A stretch of 62,891 bases of DNA, filler included, from Sphaeroforma arctica JP610 (GCF_001186125.1; 4 parts of 2 records of this genome joined end to end with filler, not necessarily neighbours in it); one strand, 5' to 3'; positions 11,401 through 24,711 are shown, counted from the whole stretch's first letter. A program made the numbers and translations. Notes: generated by a model from the sequence alone, not told the origin.

Positions 11401-14400
11401 CCATCGTCATCGACCATGCCACTGTCCGCTCGAAAAAAATTTGCCGCCATATTGGAGAAGTAAGCACTGTGGAGCGCAGTAGAAGAATATAGCCTGAGTT
11501 ACACTCCGCTTTTGTCGATGAGGCTTATTTACTGGAGCGTTTGAGTATTTGCATATGGATACCCATTTCATCTAATCATGCCTTGATATCATATCGTCTT
11601 GTTTGTCAGACGGAAACTGCTGGCAGTAACCGATGATGTGTATCAGAGCCTATACTTTCCCACACCCACGGGAGTGTCCCAGAAGCCTCCGTCGGTGATG
11701 TCGTCAATATGTCCCGATTGGTGTATATCTCTGGGATCCTTCAGTAAGCTTTTAGCACCGGGGTTGAGGTACGTCGGAGTTTCATATTCATTTTTACCGA
11801 ATTTTATTCGAGATATTGAGTGGGATGCCTTTTGGCCATTCAAATAGCTGTCCCAAGAAAGGTTTCAATGCAGACGCCGACCTGACGGCGCGTAAACGTT
11901 TCTGCCCACGGTTTGTATGGTAGAGTGGCACAAGTCGAGCGTGTGCAAGCGTGAGTATAAACATGTGGATATTTACAAAGAGTCTCGGTTGCCTACGTGT
12001 TATTTGCAGCCGGATTCGGGTTTTTCATTTTAATAAACCCATAATTTTAAAATTTTGGTTTAGGTTTGGATGGGTGCAATCACCTGAGCGAGTTCACAGC
12101 GCCATCCAGAACCGAGGCTACGTGAACAGGTACTTCAAAGTCGATTGACATCATCAAGCAGTTTATATTCATGCTCTTTTGCATCAGATAAGACTATATA
12201 AGGCTCATGTGGGGCGTTCTAACGTATCAGCAACACGTGCGCTGTGCAAAAACATCCTGACTCTGCCGGCATACTTCGAATCAACCGTAGTCAAACTGCC
12301 CCCGGGCTAATGAGCAATCGCAAATGCGTGCCTAAGAACCACTCCGCATCGTGTGTGTCTCGGGTGTACACGGTCGTTAGACAGTCACGCGTGATGTATC
12401 GCATGTTTACATGTTTCGAGCAAGGCCCACAATAGTGCACCCGGAATCACACTCACACTACACAGAATGTGTCTGAGATGATGTTGACGCGGTAGGGTAT
12501 CTACTGACACTTATGAGACTCAGCATCGGCTGTGACCCTGAGGTGTATGCTCAGACGTTGTGATTATTTTATCACTTGATTTCACTGCCTCTCCGAGTTC
12601 CTGAAGATTCTGTATAGCGGTACTAATCGCTGGTTTCACGGTGTAGATTCCTTCACGTACAGAGTTCTGCGTTAGTGTAAGAGTATACCTCTTGTGTGCA
12701 AATATATACCTCCTGTATTGTAGCCCCGGGCGAACAAGTTGCGAAGTATCAGTAATGTACTTTGATCATCGCCCGTAAATATGTGTTCAATGGAGAGCTG
12801 CAGCCTTAGGGAAGGTGTGTTTTACTCACTTTACGACACCAACACGATCGTGAATTGTAATATTTATTGTATATCGTTATAACATCAAAGCAGATTATCA
12901 CCGAGCTTATGATAGTCGGCTTATCATATAATATGTATCATTAACACAACTAAGACGAATATCATATGCAACAAGCGGTTCTTAAATGTACTGGTGATGG
13001 TCTATACCTTTCCGCTGAACTGATTGTAGTCGATATTTACCCGCTTGGTCGGGTTGAATCCAGGCCTATTTTAAACTATAGAGCAGTACTTTGCGTGATG
13101 AGTTGCGTACGATAAACCTATCTGATGCGCGCTATAAGATTCCGTTAAGTTTTTTTTGTTCAAGTGTTCTGATAAGATAACTTCCTTTCAACCAAACAGT
13201 GGTGGGGGTCTACATCCATTCGCTGGTGCCATCGTATATTCCTTGGTAGAGTCCGGTAGATTTGATGTCCATCTTGATGCACTACGGAAGACCTTGGGTG
13301 AGAGAAAGGGTGCAATGTGCGAAGCTCTACGAGTAGGGCTGGCGGGGACAGATGTGACCTTTACGTAAGTAAACCGCACAGTTAGTGATTGTTTGTCAGT
13401 CCGAGCAACATATTCATGTGATTCTTGATTTGTGATTCTTATTTGTTTATTCTCACATGAGACTATCAAGTGTGTTTTCTCCCTTTTCCCAGCATTTTGC
13501 CTGTTTTTTCTAATGCGTACACATTTCATGTTAGTTCATCCCCGTTTCCTTATATATATGTATATATAGATATGCTATTGTATTATTAATATTATATTCC
13601 ATTTTATTTTATTATATTTATATATTATTATGTATTATTATCGAGCTCGTTTTTCTTTCTCAGACCTTCTCGCTACCTCAAATAGGCCACTACAATTGGA
13701 ATTCTGATTTGAGTACATTTGCGCACACTTTTGCACTCGCTTCATTGCAAATCATGAAGTTCAAACTTTACTTGGCGACCATGCATCTCAATTTGATGGG
13801 TTTCATGTATGTATCGCTTTTCACTCTCATCAGTGAGGTTATTACCGGTTTTTGTCCACAGGGATAGTGACGGAGGCTACTTTGTCTGGCTCACTTGCCC
13901 TGGGCGTGACATGACAGCGCTAATGGTCGACTGCAAGGAAGCTGGAGTCAGCTACACACCAGGCAAGTCTTAAGAGGATCTTTCATTTCTAGTGATGCTT
14001 GGTATTGTCTACAGGATGATCTTTCATTTCAAGCATGGGTACACTTTAGGCTAGGTAATGTCTACAGGATGATCTTTCATTTATAGCATGAGTACACGTT
14101 AGGCTCGGTATTGTCTACAGGATGATCTTTCATTTCTAGCACGAGTACACTTTAGGCTAGGTATTGTCTACAGGATGATTTTTCATTTCTAGCATGTGTA
14201 CACTTAAGGCTAGGTATTGTCTACAGTATGATCTTTCATTTCTAGCATGAGTACACTTTAGGCTAGGTAATGTCTACAGGATTCATTTCTAGCATGGGTA
14301 CACTCTAGGCTAGATATTTTCTACAGGATGATCTTTCATTTCTAGCATGAGTACACTTTAGGCTAGGTACTGTCTACTTCTTTTTGCGTGCAACTATCCA

Positions 14401-14939
14401 TCGACTAGAGGAGCAGATAATTACAGCTCTTATGCGTATTCCTCACAACAGGTTAGTATGGTCAATTTCTCAATCGTACTTCCTAATGATTTGGATTGCA
14501 AAGACTTGCGAGGTGTCTAGATTGCCACGAGAACATCCTAGCAGCGCATCCGTCTTGCGTCATAACGGATACATTAGATCCACTGAGTGTTCTTTGTAGA
14601 TGTATTGAAGCGTTGTGAGATTACAGTATATTCAATCAATCTTTGGATAAAAATGTTGTATACAAGCCAATACTTGTGTAAGCTCTTGTCTACTTTTGGT
14701 ATAGTCGAGAGTATGTCTTGTGTGTTCTAAATCGTATGCACAAAAAAGCATGATGTATCTGCACCACGATGTCTAGCTCATTCCCATTTTTGTAACGTGC
14801 TTCCCCATTAGGTTCAAAGGCATCGGTCGACGGTAAGGCTCATGGCCACTGCGCACGACTATCGTTTGCATATTACAACATAGATGAAATTCAATTGGGA
14901 ATTGATCGCTTGTGCACTGTCTTGAAAAAGCAGACATAA
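8448..14939 (+). CDS. PLP-dependent class I/II aminotransferase (2-aminoadipate/aromatic transaminase-like; LysN/YER152C-type); 10 exons, ~426 aa
   Basis: Exons 8448-8621, 9727-9819, 10167-10346, 10913-11063, 11396-11459, 11610-11768, 12064-12129, 13200-13364, 13862-13962 (GC donor), 14812-14939; 1281 nt in frame. Motifs: IDFGIGQPS, LQYG, TNGSS, PGDLVLIEDPTY, YTIPSYGNPS, DDVY, SLGSFSKLLAPGLRFGW (PLP lysine), GGYFVWL, RLSFAYY. Confidence 0.93.
13975..14377. repeat. 53-bp tandem minisatellite, about 7.5 copies, in the last aminotransferase intron
   Basis: Unit CAGGATGATCTTTCATTTCTAGCATGAGTACACTTTAGGCTAGGTATTGTCTA, e.g. at 14118 and 14171. Confidence 0.95.
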
Positions 14940-15084
14940 CATAACATAAAAAGTGTATACTCTATCTGCAGTGCTTGTATTTGGGGCGGTCTAGCAGTGT
15001 ACCATGCCTAATAACTGCAGAATATATTAGTCCCAATTGTTTCGATGAGTGATTCTCGCACTAAACGAGCCCGCATGTGTCATC

Positions 15085-15618
15085 ACTAGCTTTGGAGATG
15101 AGGTGTAGATGTATTGTACCTTATTGCGAGCAGTTATTTATATACACTTACCTCATTTCTAGCTTGAAGATGAGGTGTAGACCCATTGTACCTTATTTCG
15201 AGCAGTTATTAATATACACTTACCTCATTACTAGCTTGGAGATGAGGTGTAGATCGATTGTACCTTATGGCGAACAGTTATTAATATACACTTACCTCAT
15301 TACTAGCTTGGGGATGAGGTGTAAATTGATTGTATCTTATTACGAGCAGTTATGATTATACACTTACCTCATTACTAGCTTGGAGATGAGGTTTAGATCG
15401 ATTGTACCTTATTGCGATCAGCTATTAATATACACTTACCTCATTACTAGCTTGGAGATGAGGTTTAGATCGATTGTACCTTATGTTGAGCACTTATTAT
15501 TATACACTTACCTCATTACTAGCTTGGAGATGAGGTGTAGCTCGATTGTACCTTACTACGAGCTTTTATTAATATACACTTACCTCATTACTAGCTTTGA
15601 AGATGAGGTTTATCGATT

Positions 15619-15622
<4 letters not shown>
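15085..15622. repeat. 72-bp tandem minisatellite, about 7.5 copies
   Basis: Unit TAGCTTGGAGATGAGGTGTAGATCGATTGTACCTTAT...CAGTTATTAATATACACTTACCTCATTAC; gives the 24-aa periodic ORFs in the track. Confidence 0.95.
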
Positions 15623-15680
<58 letters not shown>

Positions 15681-15787
15681 GTACGTACGTAGTACGTAGT
15701 ACGTAGTACGTTAACGTTACGTTACGNNNNNNNNNNNNNNNNNNNNTACTACTACTACTACTATACGTAGTAGTAGTAGTAGTAGTA

Positions 15788-15849
<62 letters not shown>

Positions 15850-16350
15850 CTGACATGTGTGACATTAGCTTACATGTGTGACATTAGCTTACATGCACAA
15901 AAGTATGACGCACAGCAGCAGACCCACTTGTACAGACTGCGTCTGTTGTTGTCATAGGAAGTTAAGGCTGTGATTCGAATCCAAAATCTGTACAATAGAA
16001 CAGTGTCTTTCTAGGTATGAGGTTTCATGCAAGTATGTGAGAATACCAACGGTCTAAATGAAGCTATTATTTTTAATCACCGGCAGAATCAGTCCGGAAA
16101 CAATTGCAGTACTACTGAGTCGACTATATAGGGCTAGAATAGCGTACGATAACATGTGTACCAAGGCTATACGCATGTGTGCTAAAAAGGCTACTGCAAC
16201 TTAGTTACTAGGTATGAAAACTGGTCTTTTAGAGACAAGTTTCGCCCTCATCTGATATTTCGAGACATGTATTTATAATATGATTTATTCATATGTGCCA
16301 TTTCTAAGGAAGCCAAAGCTTGGACTTCAACAGTGTCTTCTCCATGCATA

Positions 16351-19300
16351 TCAGCGCAGATTTGAATCGATTGACTTCTCCATGAACACCAGACGAGCTT
16401 CGCTAGCCTGTCGGTTCATGTTCCTCGCCCGTTTCTCCGTGTAATAGTGGATACACCTGAAAAGAGTGGGAGACCAAGTAGCTACATGTTAGAACAGTCT
16501 GTTACATATGTTCACCTCAATGTACTGGCTTTACCAAGTAGCTACATGTAAGAATAGTCTGTTACATATGTTGACCTCAATGTACTGGGTTTACCCAGAA
16601 GCTACATGTTAGAATAGTCTGTTACATATGTTGACCTCAATGTACTGACTTTACCAAGAAGCTACATGTTAGAATAGTCTGTTACATATGTTCACCTCAA
16701 TGTACTGGCTTTACCAAGAAGCTACATGTTAGAATAGTCTGTTACATATGTTCACCTCAATGTACAGGCTAAAGCAACCCGTTTCTCCGTGCCGCAATGA
16801 ACATATCCGAAAAACAGTGTCAGCCCAAATGCCACGGATTAGAATGTTATGTTGCAATTGAATGTCACAACGTATCGTTCTGAGCGATACGTTTTTCCGT
16901 GTAATTGTGAATTACAAAAAGGTGAGACTAGGAAGAGGCCGTATAAAGTATCATGCCATGTTGTCAGTGTGAAGTAGCATCTATTCGGTTCAATAATCCT
17001 TTCCCACACAAGGAGAAAGAGGCCAAGACACTACAGATAAGTATGATATACTGCATATGTTAAGTGCTATGTACGTGACTGAATTGGCCTTCTGTCTGTC
17101 TAAATAAATTTTTGCATCGAAGGCTTAAGATATGGGAAGCGTGACAACAGGGGCTGCACTACTGAATGATGTTAAGTATGCAACTAATATAATACAGAAT
17201 AAAACATTGTGCCACATACAACCATGATGTATTTTGAAATTAAAGTATTGCAATGTATACAAGGAATGTTCTTTAGAACACAGTCTCGCGTTGCGAATAT
17301 TCGGTAACAAGATAGTGTGTGGGCAAGTGAGATCAATGTGTTCGAGGCGTTTCAAATGTCAGAAATACATCAACAGGCCTCTAGATGCAAATGAATATGG
17401 ATAAACCAGGGACAGCTGTGTGTGCACAACCATACGATGTATACTTATAATGCACGTGCATAGACTGAAACGCGCTGAATACACCCACACACTCGAAACC
17501 AAATACTAAAGTAAGCCATTCAGTGAACAATACGTACAACCAACAACCACACTACTTTGGCCACACGCCAGGGCCCACCCCTCTCCTCTCACCTCAGTAT
17601 CTCGATGTGGTGTTTTAAAGTAGCGTTCTTGCGTTGTACTATCTTCAGCGCATTGTTTGGGTCGGCGTTGATCTCCTCGTCTAGTTTCTGCAGACTGTCC
17701 CGTTTGAAGCCGTCCAGGTCCCTGGGTTCATCATCGTCCTGCTTCTCGACCGCTTCGAACACGTGGTCTATGACGGCCGCACTCTCCGCGGCAAAGTCTT
17801 GGCTCACTCGCATCTGCACCTCTTCGAGGAACATGCGCCTGTAGGTAAATTATTATCGGGAAAAGATATAGAATACTCCCGACACATGTGACAATCGAGT
17901 TGCATAGTATATCACGCGTAGTAGCATGACTACTATCACCGAGAAGCCCACACAATGAAAGAGTGACATACAAGTAAGAGAGACAGTGGTGTAATAAACC
18001 CACACAATGAGAGAGTGACAAACACGTAGGAGAGACAGTGGTGTAGTAAACCCACACAATGAGTGAGTGACATACACGTAGGAGAGTGTCAAACTCGAGA
18101 GCAGATCCGCATCTCATTCAAGGCATCGGCGAGAAGGAGCAACCGCTCTCACGGTAACACTGCACCTACATTGACACAACACTCAGCACGAAGCGTATCA
18201 TCCCAATCACACCCACCACAAACCAGACCTCCCACGGTTCACTATCAGACAGAGGCGCATCCCTTGATATATGTATGTATGTATGAATGAATGTATGTAT
18301 GTATGCATGTATGAATGAATGTATGTATGCATGTATGAATGTATGTATGTATGAATGTATGCAAGTATGTATGTATGCATGTATGCATGTATGAATGTAT
18401 GTATGTATGTATGTATGCATGTATGAATGTGTGTATGTAAGCATGTATGAATGCATGTATATATGTATGCATGTATGTATTTATGTACGTATTTGCATTC
18501 ACACCTACCTGTGCGCAGGGCTCCGCATTCCCCCGTCATGTAAGGTGGCAGTCGAGTCTGCGTATCCATTATCCGATGCACCGTTGTCATCGTACTTGTT
18601 GTCCACTTCGTGTGTACGGCCCTTCATATCATCATCGCCACCTCTCTGGCCGTCCCCCACAGTGTCGCCAGAGGGTTTGTGGTGTGGTTTAGGTTCATTA
18701 GTATCCTCTTTAGCCTTGCCGTTCAGGTGATCTGTACCGTTGGTCTCAGTACTTGATGTCTTGGCACCACCTGCCGCTTGGGAGTCTGTGCCCTGGTGGC
18801 GTGATTTGAACTCTGTCTCAATGGTTTCCAAGGTTTCCAAGGTTGGGAGTCCGTCTTCGTCATCGACGATACCGTCGATAACATCCAGGTCTGGCTCAGG
18901 CTCATTATCAGACACTTGTCCTGCTTGCAATCACGAGGGTTGGCAAAGTAATAATAATAGTAAGACAGTGTTTACTAGTGCACGTACTGTCACCGAAGCT
19001 ATAGAGCAAACAGCAAGGTAAAGGTGGCCAATATGATCACGATCTTGAGTTGTAAGCTGTAGGACCAGTACAGGCTTTATATAAGAAGACAGCCAACACT
19101 AGGGGAGGTGAACCACGCTTAAAAATACTTGTATGCGTATTTGATTGATGACCGCTTACTACCTATGTGCCCAATTGATGAGAGAGCACTATTCGTATGT
19201 CCCAACCGTTGTGCGATTAATTTCTATAAAACCAAGTGATAACTGATTATTATTTACAATTCAACGAGAAAAAAACAACAACTGATAGTCCGTGTGGGGC

Positions 19301-22300
19301 CACAGTTGATCGCTGACTCGCCCCCAGTAGCATGTTAAATGGGTCAGAAACACGGAAACAACAAATATGCACATACACCATACGTTTCTTGAGCGCTCTG
19401 GCAAGTAAAGATATGCCCAATGGCGTCGTTTACAGATAACCACATTTAGTATACACTTCCTGCAAAGCAACAGCCACGAACCTTCGCACAGTCTGAATGG
19501 TTCTATTTGACCTACCTAGGGCTTCGTCGGCCGGGATGGGGTCAGGCGGTACCTCGCCAAAGTCCTCGTCATCACTATCATCGCTTACCATGATGGGGTC
19601 AGGCAATACCTCGCCAAAGTCCTCGTCATCACTATCATCGCTTACCATGATGGGTTCAGGCACCGGCATGGAATCGGACGAATCAGAATCATGCCGATCA
19701 AACTCATCGAACTCCTGTGATGGTCGGGTGTCGTTGGTGTCTATTTGTGCGGTATCGGCAGGTTTCCTGGGCATAGCTGAGCTTCCGTTCGGGATGGAGG
19801 CGTTTTCTGGTAGGCGTTAAGGGCGTGTGTACATTGGTGGGTGGGGTTCACTGTGTAAATGATACGAGAGAAGATGCGACTAGTCCATGACTGTGTGTGG
19901 TTTTCAGCAGCCGTATGCGTGACGAGATAAATAGATACATGTGCGGCTCTCAGCACCATCAAGCGGAATGTCAATACGATACAAATCTGCACATTCTCAA
20001 TGAGCAAGACGTATTTTTCCCGTACACTTCCCTATCTAATATCACTTCTAATATCACTTCGGTGGAGCTAGCCATTCTGACGGACTGTCGAAACACGGTG
20101 ACAAGCAAAGCCAGGCGTAATAGCAGGGAATGCGATACAAGACAACTGTCACTCACGTGTTCACACTCGTATACACACACGCACCGGTGCTGCCGGCAAG
20201 GGGACAATCACCCAACAGCCGGTGACGAGGAGTCGATATTATATCAGCGGCCCCTACACAGCTCGGATACAAAATGCCCCACACCCGAGCCATACGACAA
20301 CACATAGAAGGGATTAGCAGGCTTACCTGATGGGCTGTTCTCATTCGGGTCACTGCCACGTGAGGTTTTCAGAGGTGGTATATCACTATCATCAGTGTAA
20401 TCAAATTTCTTTCGTTTGCTCGAGCTCTTTGAGGACGATTTCTTCGATTTCTATGCAGATGTTGGAACGTATGTCAATAAAATACACACAGGTTAAACTT
20501 GGGTATAAATAGTTAATACGCCAGCGTGGCCTATTCTCCAAAGAAAAAACATGAGAGTGAATTGACACTATCGGTAGTGCACATGTACGATGCCCACATC
20601 TCTAGCTAGGAGGTATATTTAAAGAATTGACACTATAGGTAGTGCGCATATACGATGCCCATATCTCTAGCTAGGAGGTATATCTAAAGAATTGACACTA
20701 TAGGTAGTGCGCATATACGATGCCCATATCTCTAGCTAGGAGGTATATCTAAAGAATTGACACTATCGGTAGTGCGCATATGCGATGCCCATATCTTTAG
20801 CTAGGAGGTATATCTAAAGAATTGACACTATCGGTAGTGCGCATATACGATGCCCATATCCCCTTGCCCAGCCTTGAACACACACACACACACACGAATT
20901 GATCCCAAATACCCAGATATATCTATACCTTTTTCGGAGGTAACGGTACTCCAGCGTCATCGTAGCGCTGGTGTAATTTCACTTGCGTTTCTATATTTTT
21001 TGCATGCAGCTGACAGAATTTACTGATACGCGGCGTGCCGCTGTTATCCACAAAGTTCCTTTTGTTCCTTCTCGGCCAGCATGTGCGGTGTGTACCCATT
21101 TCGCACAGAAAAGAAAGATTGCCGTCCTCCAAAGTACCTACATATTTATATATGTATTATATACTATCATATCAACGTGCATATACATATTGTATACAAA
21201 AACTGACAAATACCCTCCACTACCGCTAACGCAACAAATGAATGGCTTTTCGATAAAAACATCAGGAATCCATTTCATAAATACAGTCTAATACTGGGCA
21301 ACCAGTTCCGTCATCGTGGTGTATGCCACATCTGCATTTGAGACAGAAATACTTAACATACACACTACAGAATCTTCACACTATCCAATCAGACATCGAC
21401 GTCTACCGCCGTATAGGGTATCGGTCGCTTTCTACTTGGGATTGGGTGTGCGGACCTAGAAAGCGAACAGTTACACTTCAAAACCCTATACAATATAATG
21501 GTTCGGGTCCCACACAGAACATTTGGTGTATGCTGCTAGGCTGATTAGACATAGCCCTTGATGTATCCATCAGTCTGTACATCCAAGCTCTCACATCACA
21601 CATCACCCATGTATTGCTTCGAAACTCAGCGCACACAGCACCTGACACAAAAACACCAAGGTATACTTCCTAAGCTTAAGGATGTCGCACTAGGCACTAG
21701 CCACTATGTCTACCTACAAGATGACAGGACAATACCATCGGTGTCACGTGTTGCAACTAAACTCGAAAACGATTGCCGGACAGCATACTTTGGTCGCACA
21801 GCTCAATCGGGGGCAGCGTGTACTGTGCTTCGGCGTCTTTGTCATCGTCATCGACACCTACATCATTGTCAGTCTCCGCAAAGGTCGCATCTTTCAGATT
21901 GACCACGATTGTTGGGAAGTACTTTGGCGTATTACCGTCTGCCATTTTCGCGCCGTCCTCGTCACTGAGTCCGTTCCGGCATAAGTGGCACAGCTCTTTT
22001 GTTGTGAATCTGAGTTGAATGGATGCAGGACATTAAGGATCATAGTGGCACAGACCAAATCTCAGGGTAGAGCCCCTTATTCACGACAACAATGAGGAGA
22101 TATACCAAAGGCTAACTACACCAGTACGTACAGCATTGTAGTATACGTGGTGAGTTCGTTAGACAGGGGTTGTATCGGAAATTCTGGGCAGCTTCGCAAC
22201 GAAACGCAGCATAATCTATTTGGCAGTGTTTGCATCTGAGCTGCGTTGTTGGCATATATAGTTTCTGATTGATGAAGATTCGCTGTCTAAAAAATTAAAA

Positions 22301-24303
22301 AATAAATCTGAACGAGGGCTCCATCCTGTTGAAATAGCTGATCTGAATCCCTCTTCGCAGCGATTCGTCACGACACAAAATATATTGAGCCTGAGAAGTA
22401 TTCTGCACCCTCGCCAGCGATACTTGTGGATTCATATTCGCCTTATATCGTTATCGGAAACGAACACTTTAAAACACCTACCGATGTTTGCGTATGCATA
22501 TGCGTATATCATACATAGCGCACATATCGAGGTTTTGTCGATGTATATAAAAAGTCTCACCTGACTTTCTGTATCTCTTTGCTCCTGCTCTCTCGTTTGA
22601 CAAGGACTTGGGCAGAATCTCCTTCTGGTTCAGACATCGTGTTCAGCTGATTTTTGATCTCCTTAACACTAATATCAAACTGACATGGACGATTGGAATG
22701 TGAGCACAACTATAGGTGGCGATGGCTGATGCGAAGTATAATCAAAACCAATGAACTTCGGGGATGACTGAAACCGATAGACTGTGCAGTTGTATACACT
22801 GTAGACGACACTATGATCCTCAGAGCCAACATTTAGCATTGCAACCAGTATCATATAGACTAGGAAACCGTAGCAGTGAACTCTCATCCAAATGGTACAC
22901 GTGTAGTGATCCGGGATTTGACGCACTCTAACGCAAACAAAGAAGAAGTATCCAGACCCAGGGCATGAAGAACTTACCGCAGCAGAAAACGAAACCTCAT
23001 CGCACAAAGGTACAAATCATATCCTTCACTTCACCATTAAACAGTAGTACGTCTCATATCACAAGATGCTACGACACGCATGTGACTAGGATATGTAATT
23101 CGGCGAACTCAAAAACAAAAAACCCGACTCAGCTGATGAGAGTGAATAACATACACGAACAAAAAACATCTACCTCCTCAGCTGATGAGAGTGAATTACA
23201 TACACGGACAAAGAATATCTACCTCCTCTGCTGATGAGAGTGAATAACATACACGAACAAAGAACATCTACCTCCTCAGCTGACGAGAGTGAATTACATA
23301 CACGAACAAAGAGCATCTACCTCCTCAGCTGATGAGAGTGAATTACATACACGAACAAAGAGCATCTACCTCCCCAGCTGATGAAAGTGAATAACATACA
23401 CGAACAACGAACATCTACCTCCTCAGCTGATGAGAGTGAATAATATACACGAACAAAGATTATCTACCTCCTCAGCTGATGAGAGTGAATAACATACACG
23501 AACAAAGAGCATCTACCTCCTCAGCTGATGAGAGTGAACAACATGCACGAACAAAGTGCATCTGCCTCCTCATCTGATGAGAGTGAATTACATACGCGAA
23601 CAAAGAGCATCTATCTCCTCAGCTGATGAGAGTGAATAACATACACGAACAAAGAGCATCTACCTCCTCGCCAACATCGATGATTTGCTTCAGATTCACC
23701 CACACATCTTTCTGATGCACTTCTGTGTTGTCCATATAAAAGTACGACAGCACAGCTCTGCAGAACGAGGCAACCTTCTTGGTCTCGTCCAGATAAGGCT
23801 TCACCCGTCGGTAGTAATCTGGGACGGGAGTTGTCAACGCGTATTGATTGTGAATCAGTGACAGTATTGCCTTCCGGTGGCCGTGCACAGTAGATGTAGA
23901 TGAGAGCTATTCATATATACGACATGGCGAAAGTCTGAAATCGGCAACCTAGGCGCTGGTAGATTGTATATAACGCCGGTGCATGTTAATAGCCCTGCTC
24001 TTTGACCGAGCAAGGCCTGCGTTTGAAATATATATTGGAAAAAAAATTCGATGCCGTGCCCAAAACGAATACTTTTAAAACGCAGAAGTGCAACAGATCA
24101 CCGGTTAAAGTGAAATGGTGGTCTGAACACACACGGTATAATAGACCGGCGGGTCTAAAGCAACCACATCGGCCGACCCTACACAGTCAGGTTGTGACCT
24201 GTGCGGTATTTTTGGCTGGCTTAAGTATATGTCTGGCCATGTATAGCTGTACACCCTCTACTTCGACACGCGTGAGAACAGGTTTGCAAATTTCGCTCCT
24301 GTG
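16351..24303 (-). CDS. Hypothetical acidic, probably nuclear protein with a PHD-like zinc finger; 5'-partial, at least 10 exons, ~680 aa
   Basis: Exons 24303-24199, 23906-23664, 22646-22561, 22009-21789, 21137-20929, 20450-20327, 19806-19516, 18920-18509, 17838-17593, 16456-16351 join with GT-AG sites in one frame (2043 nt). Ligand pattern CHLC...LCD...LCEMGTHRTC...FCQLH; basic KSKKSSSKSSSKRKK segment; long D/E-rich region; helical C-terminus. The start probably lies beyond the gap at 24712. Confidence 0.72.
16473..16770. repeat. 60-bp tandem minisatellite, about 5 copies, next to the last acceptor
   Basis: Near-identical consecutive 60-nt blocks GTTACATATGTTCACCTCAATGTACTGGCTTTACCAAGAAGCTACATGTTAGAATAGTCT. 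Confidence 0.96.
17947..18087. repeat. 52-bp tandem repeat, about 2.7 copies
   Basis: CCCACACAATGA at 17947, 17999 and 18051. Confidence 0.88.
18268..18492. repeat. (ATGT/ATGA/ATGC)n tetranucleotide microsatellite
   Basis: Directly visible. Confidence 0.93.
20559..20860. repeat. 65-bp tandem minisatellite, about 4.6 copies
   Basis: ATTGACACTAT at 20561, 20626, 20691, 20756 and 20821. Confidence 0.95.
23128..23669. repeat. 49-bp tandem array, 11 copies, overlapping an exon end and splice donor
   Basis: Minus-strand unit CTGAGGAG GTAGATG(C/T)TCTTTGTTCGTGTATGT(T/A)ATTCACTCTCATCAG. Confidence 0.96.
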
Positions 24304-24711
24304 CTGATGTGTGCACGAGTTTCTATATAATGATCGTCAAACTGAGCCAGTTTCAAACCAGAAACAAACAATGCCGATGCATGCTTGAGGACAAACAATG
24401 TCGATGTATGCTTAAGGACAAACAATGTCGATGCAAGCTAAAGGTGAAGATAAAGTAGAAAAGGGGGGGAAGTCATCCATTGTCACTCAATATATCAAGA
24501 CTAACATAAATTTACAAAACATGCAAATACTATTGTACATGTATGTGGAAGTGAATATACGCATCATATAAACACACGTACACACGTAGACATCCAGACA
24601 CACAAACACAGACACTAGACACATAATATTATGGGAAGACAATACTCGTATGAATATATATATATGTATATATACATAAATACATACATATACAATATAC
24701 ATCACACACAC

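Noticed and set aside
15077..15706. 24-aa repeat protein or CRISPR-like array
   Set aside because: Head-to-tail minisatellite with no unique spacers, an in-frame stop, no cas genes and a eukaryotic context. The same applies to the 49-, 53-, 60- and 65-bp arrays.
15675..15790. GTAC/TACG/TAG-rich sequence flanking short gaps (also 6850-6960)
   Set aside because: Occurs only at contig ends after (AT)n; resembles low-quality pyrosequencing read-end noise.
22125..22480. Extra exon candidates in the PHD-like gene
   Set aside because: Exons 22646-22561 and 22009-21789 already join in phase; the candidates have stops or weak donors.
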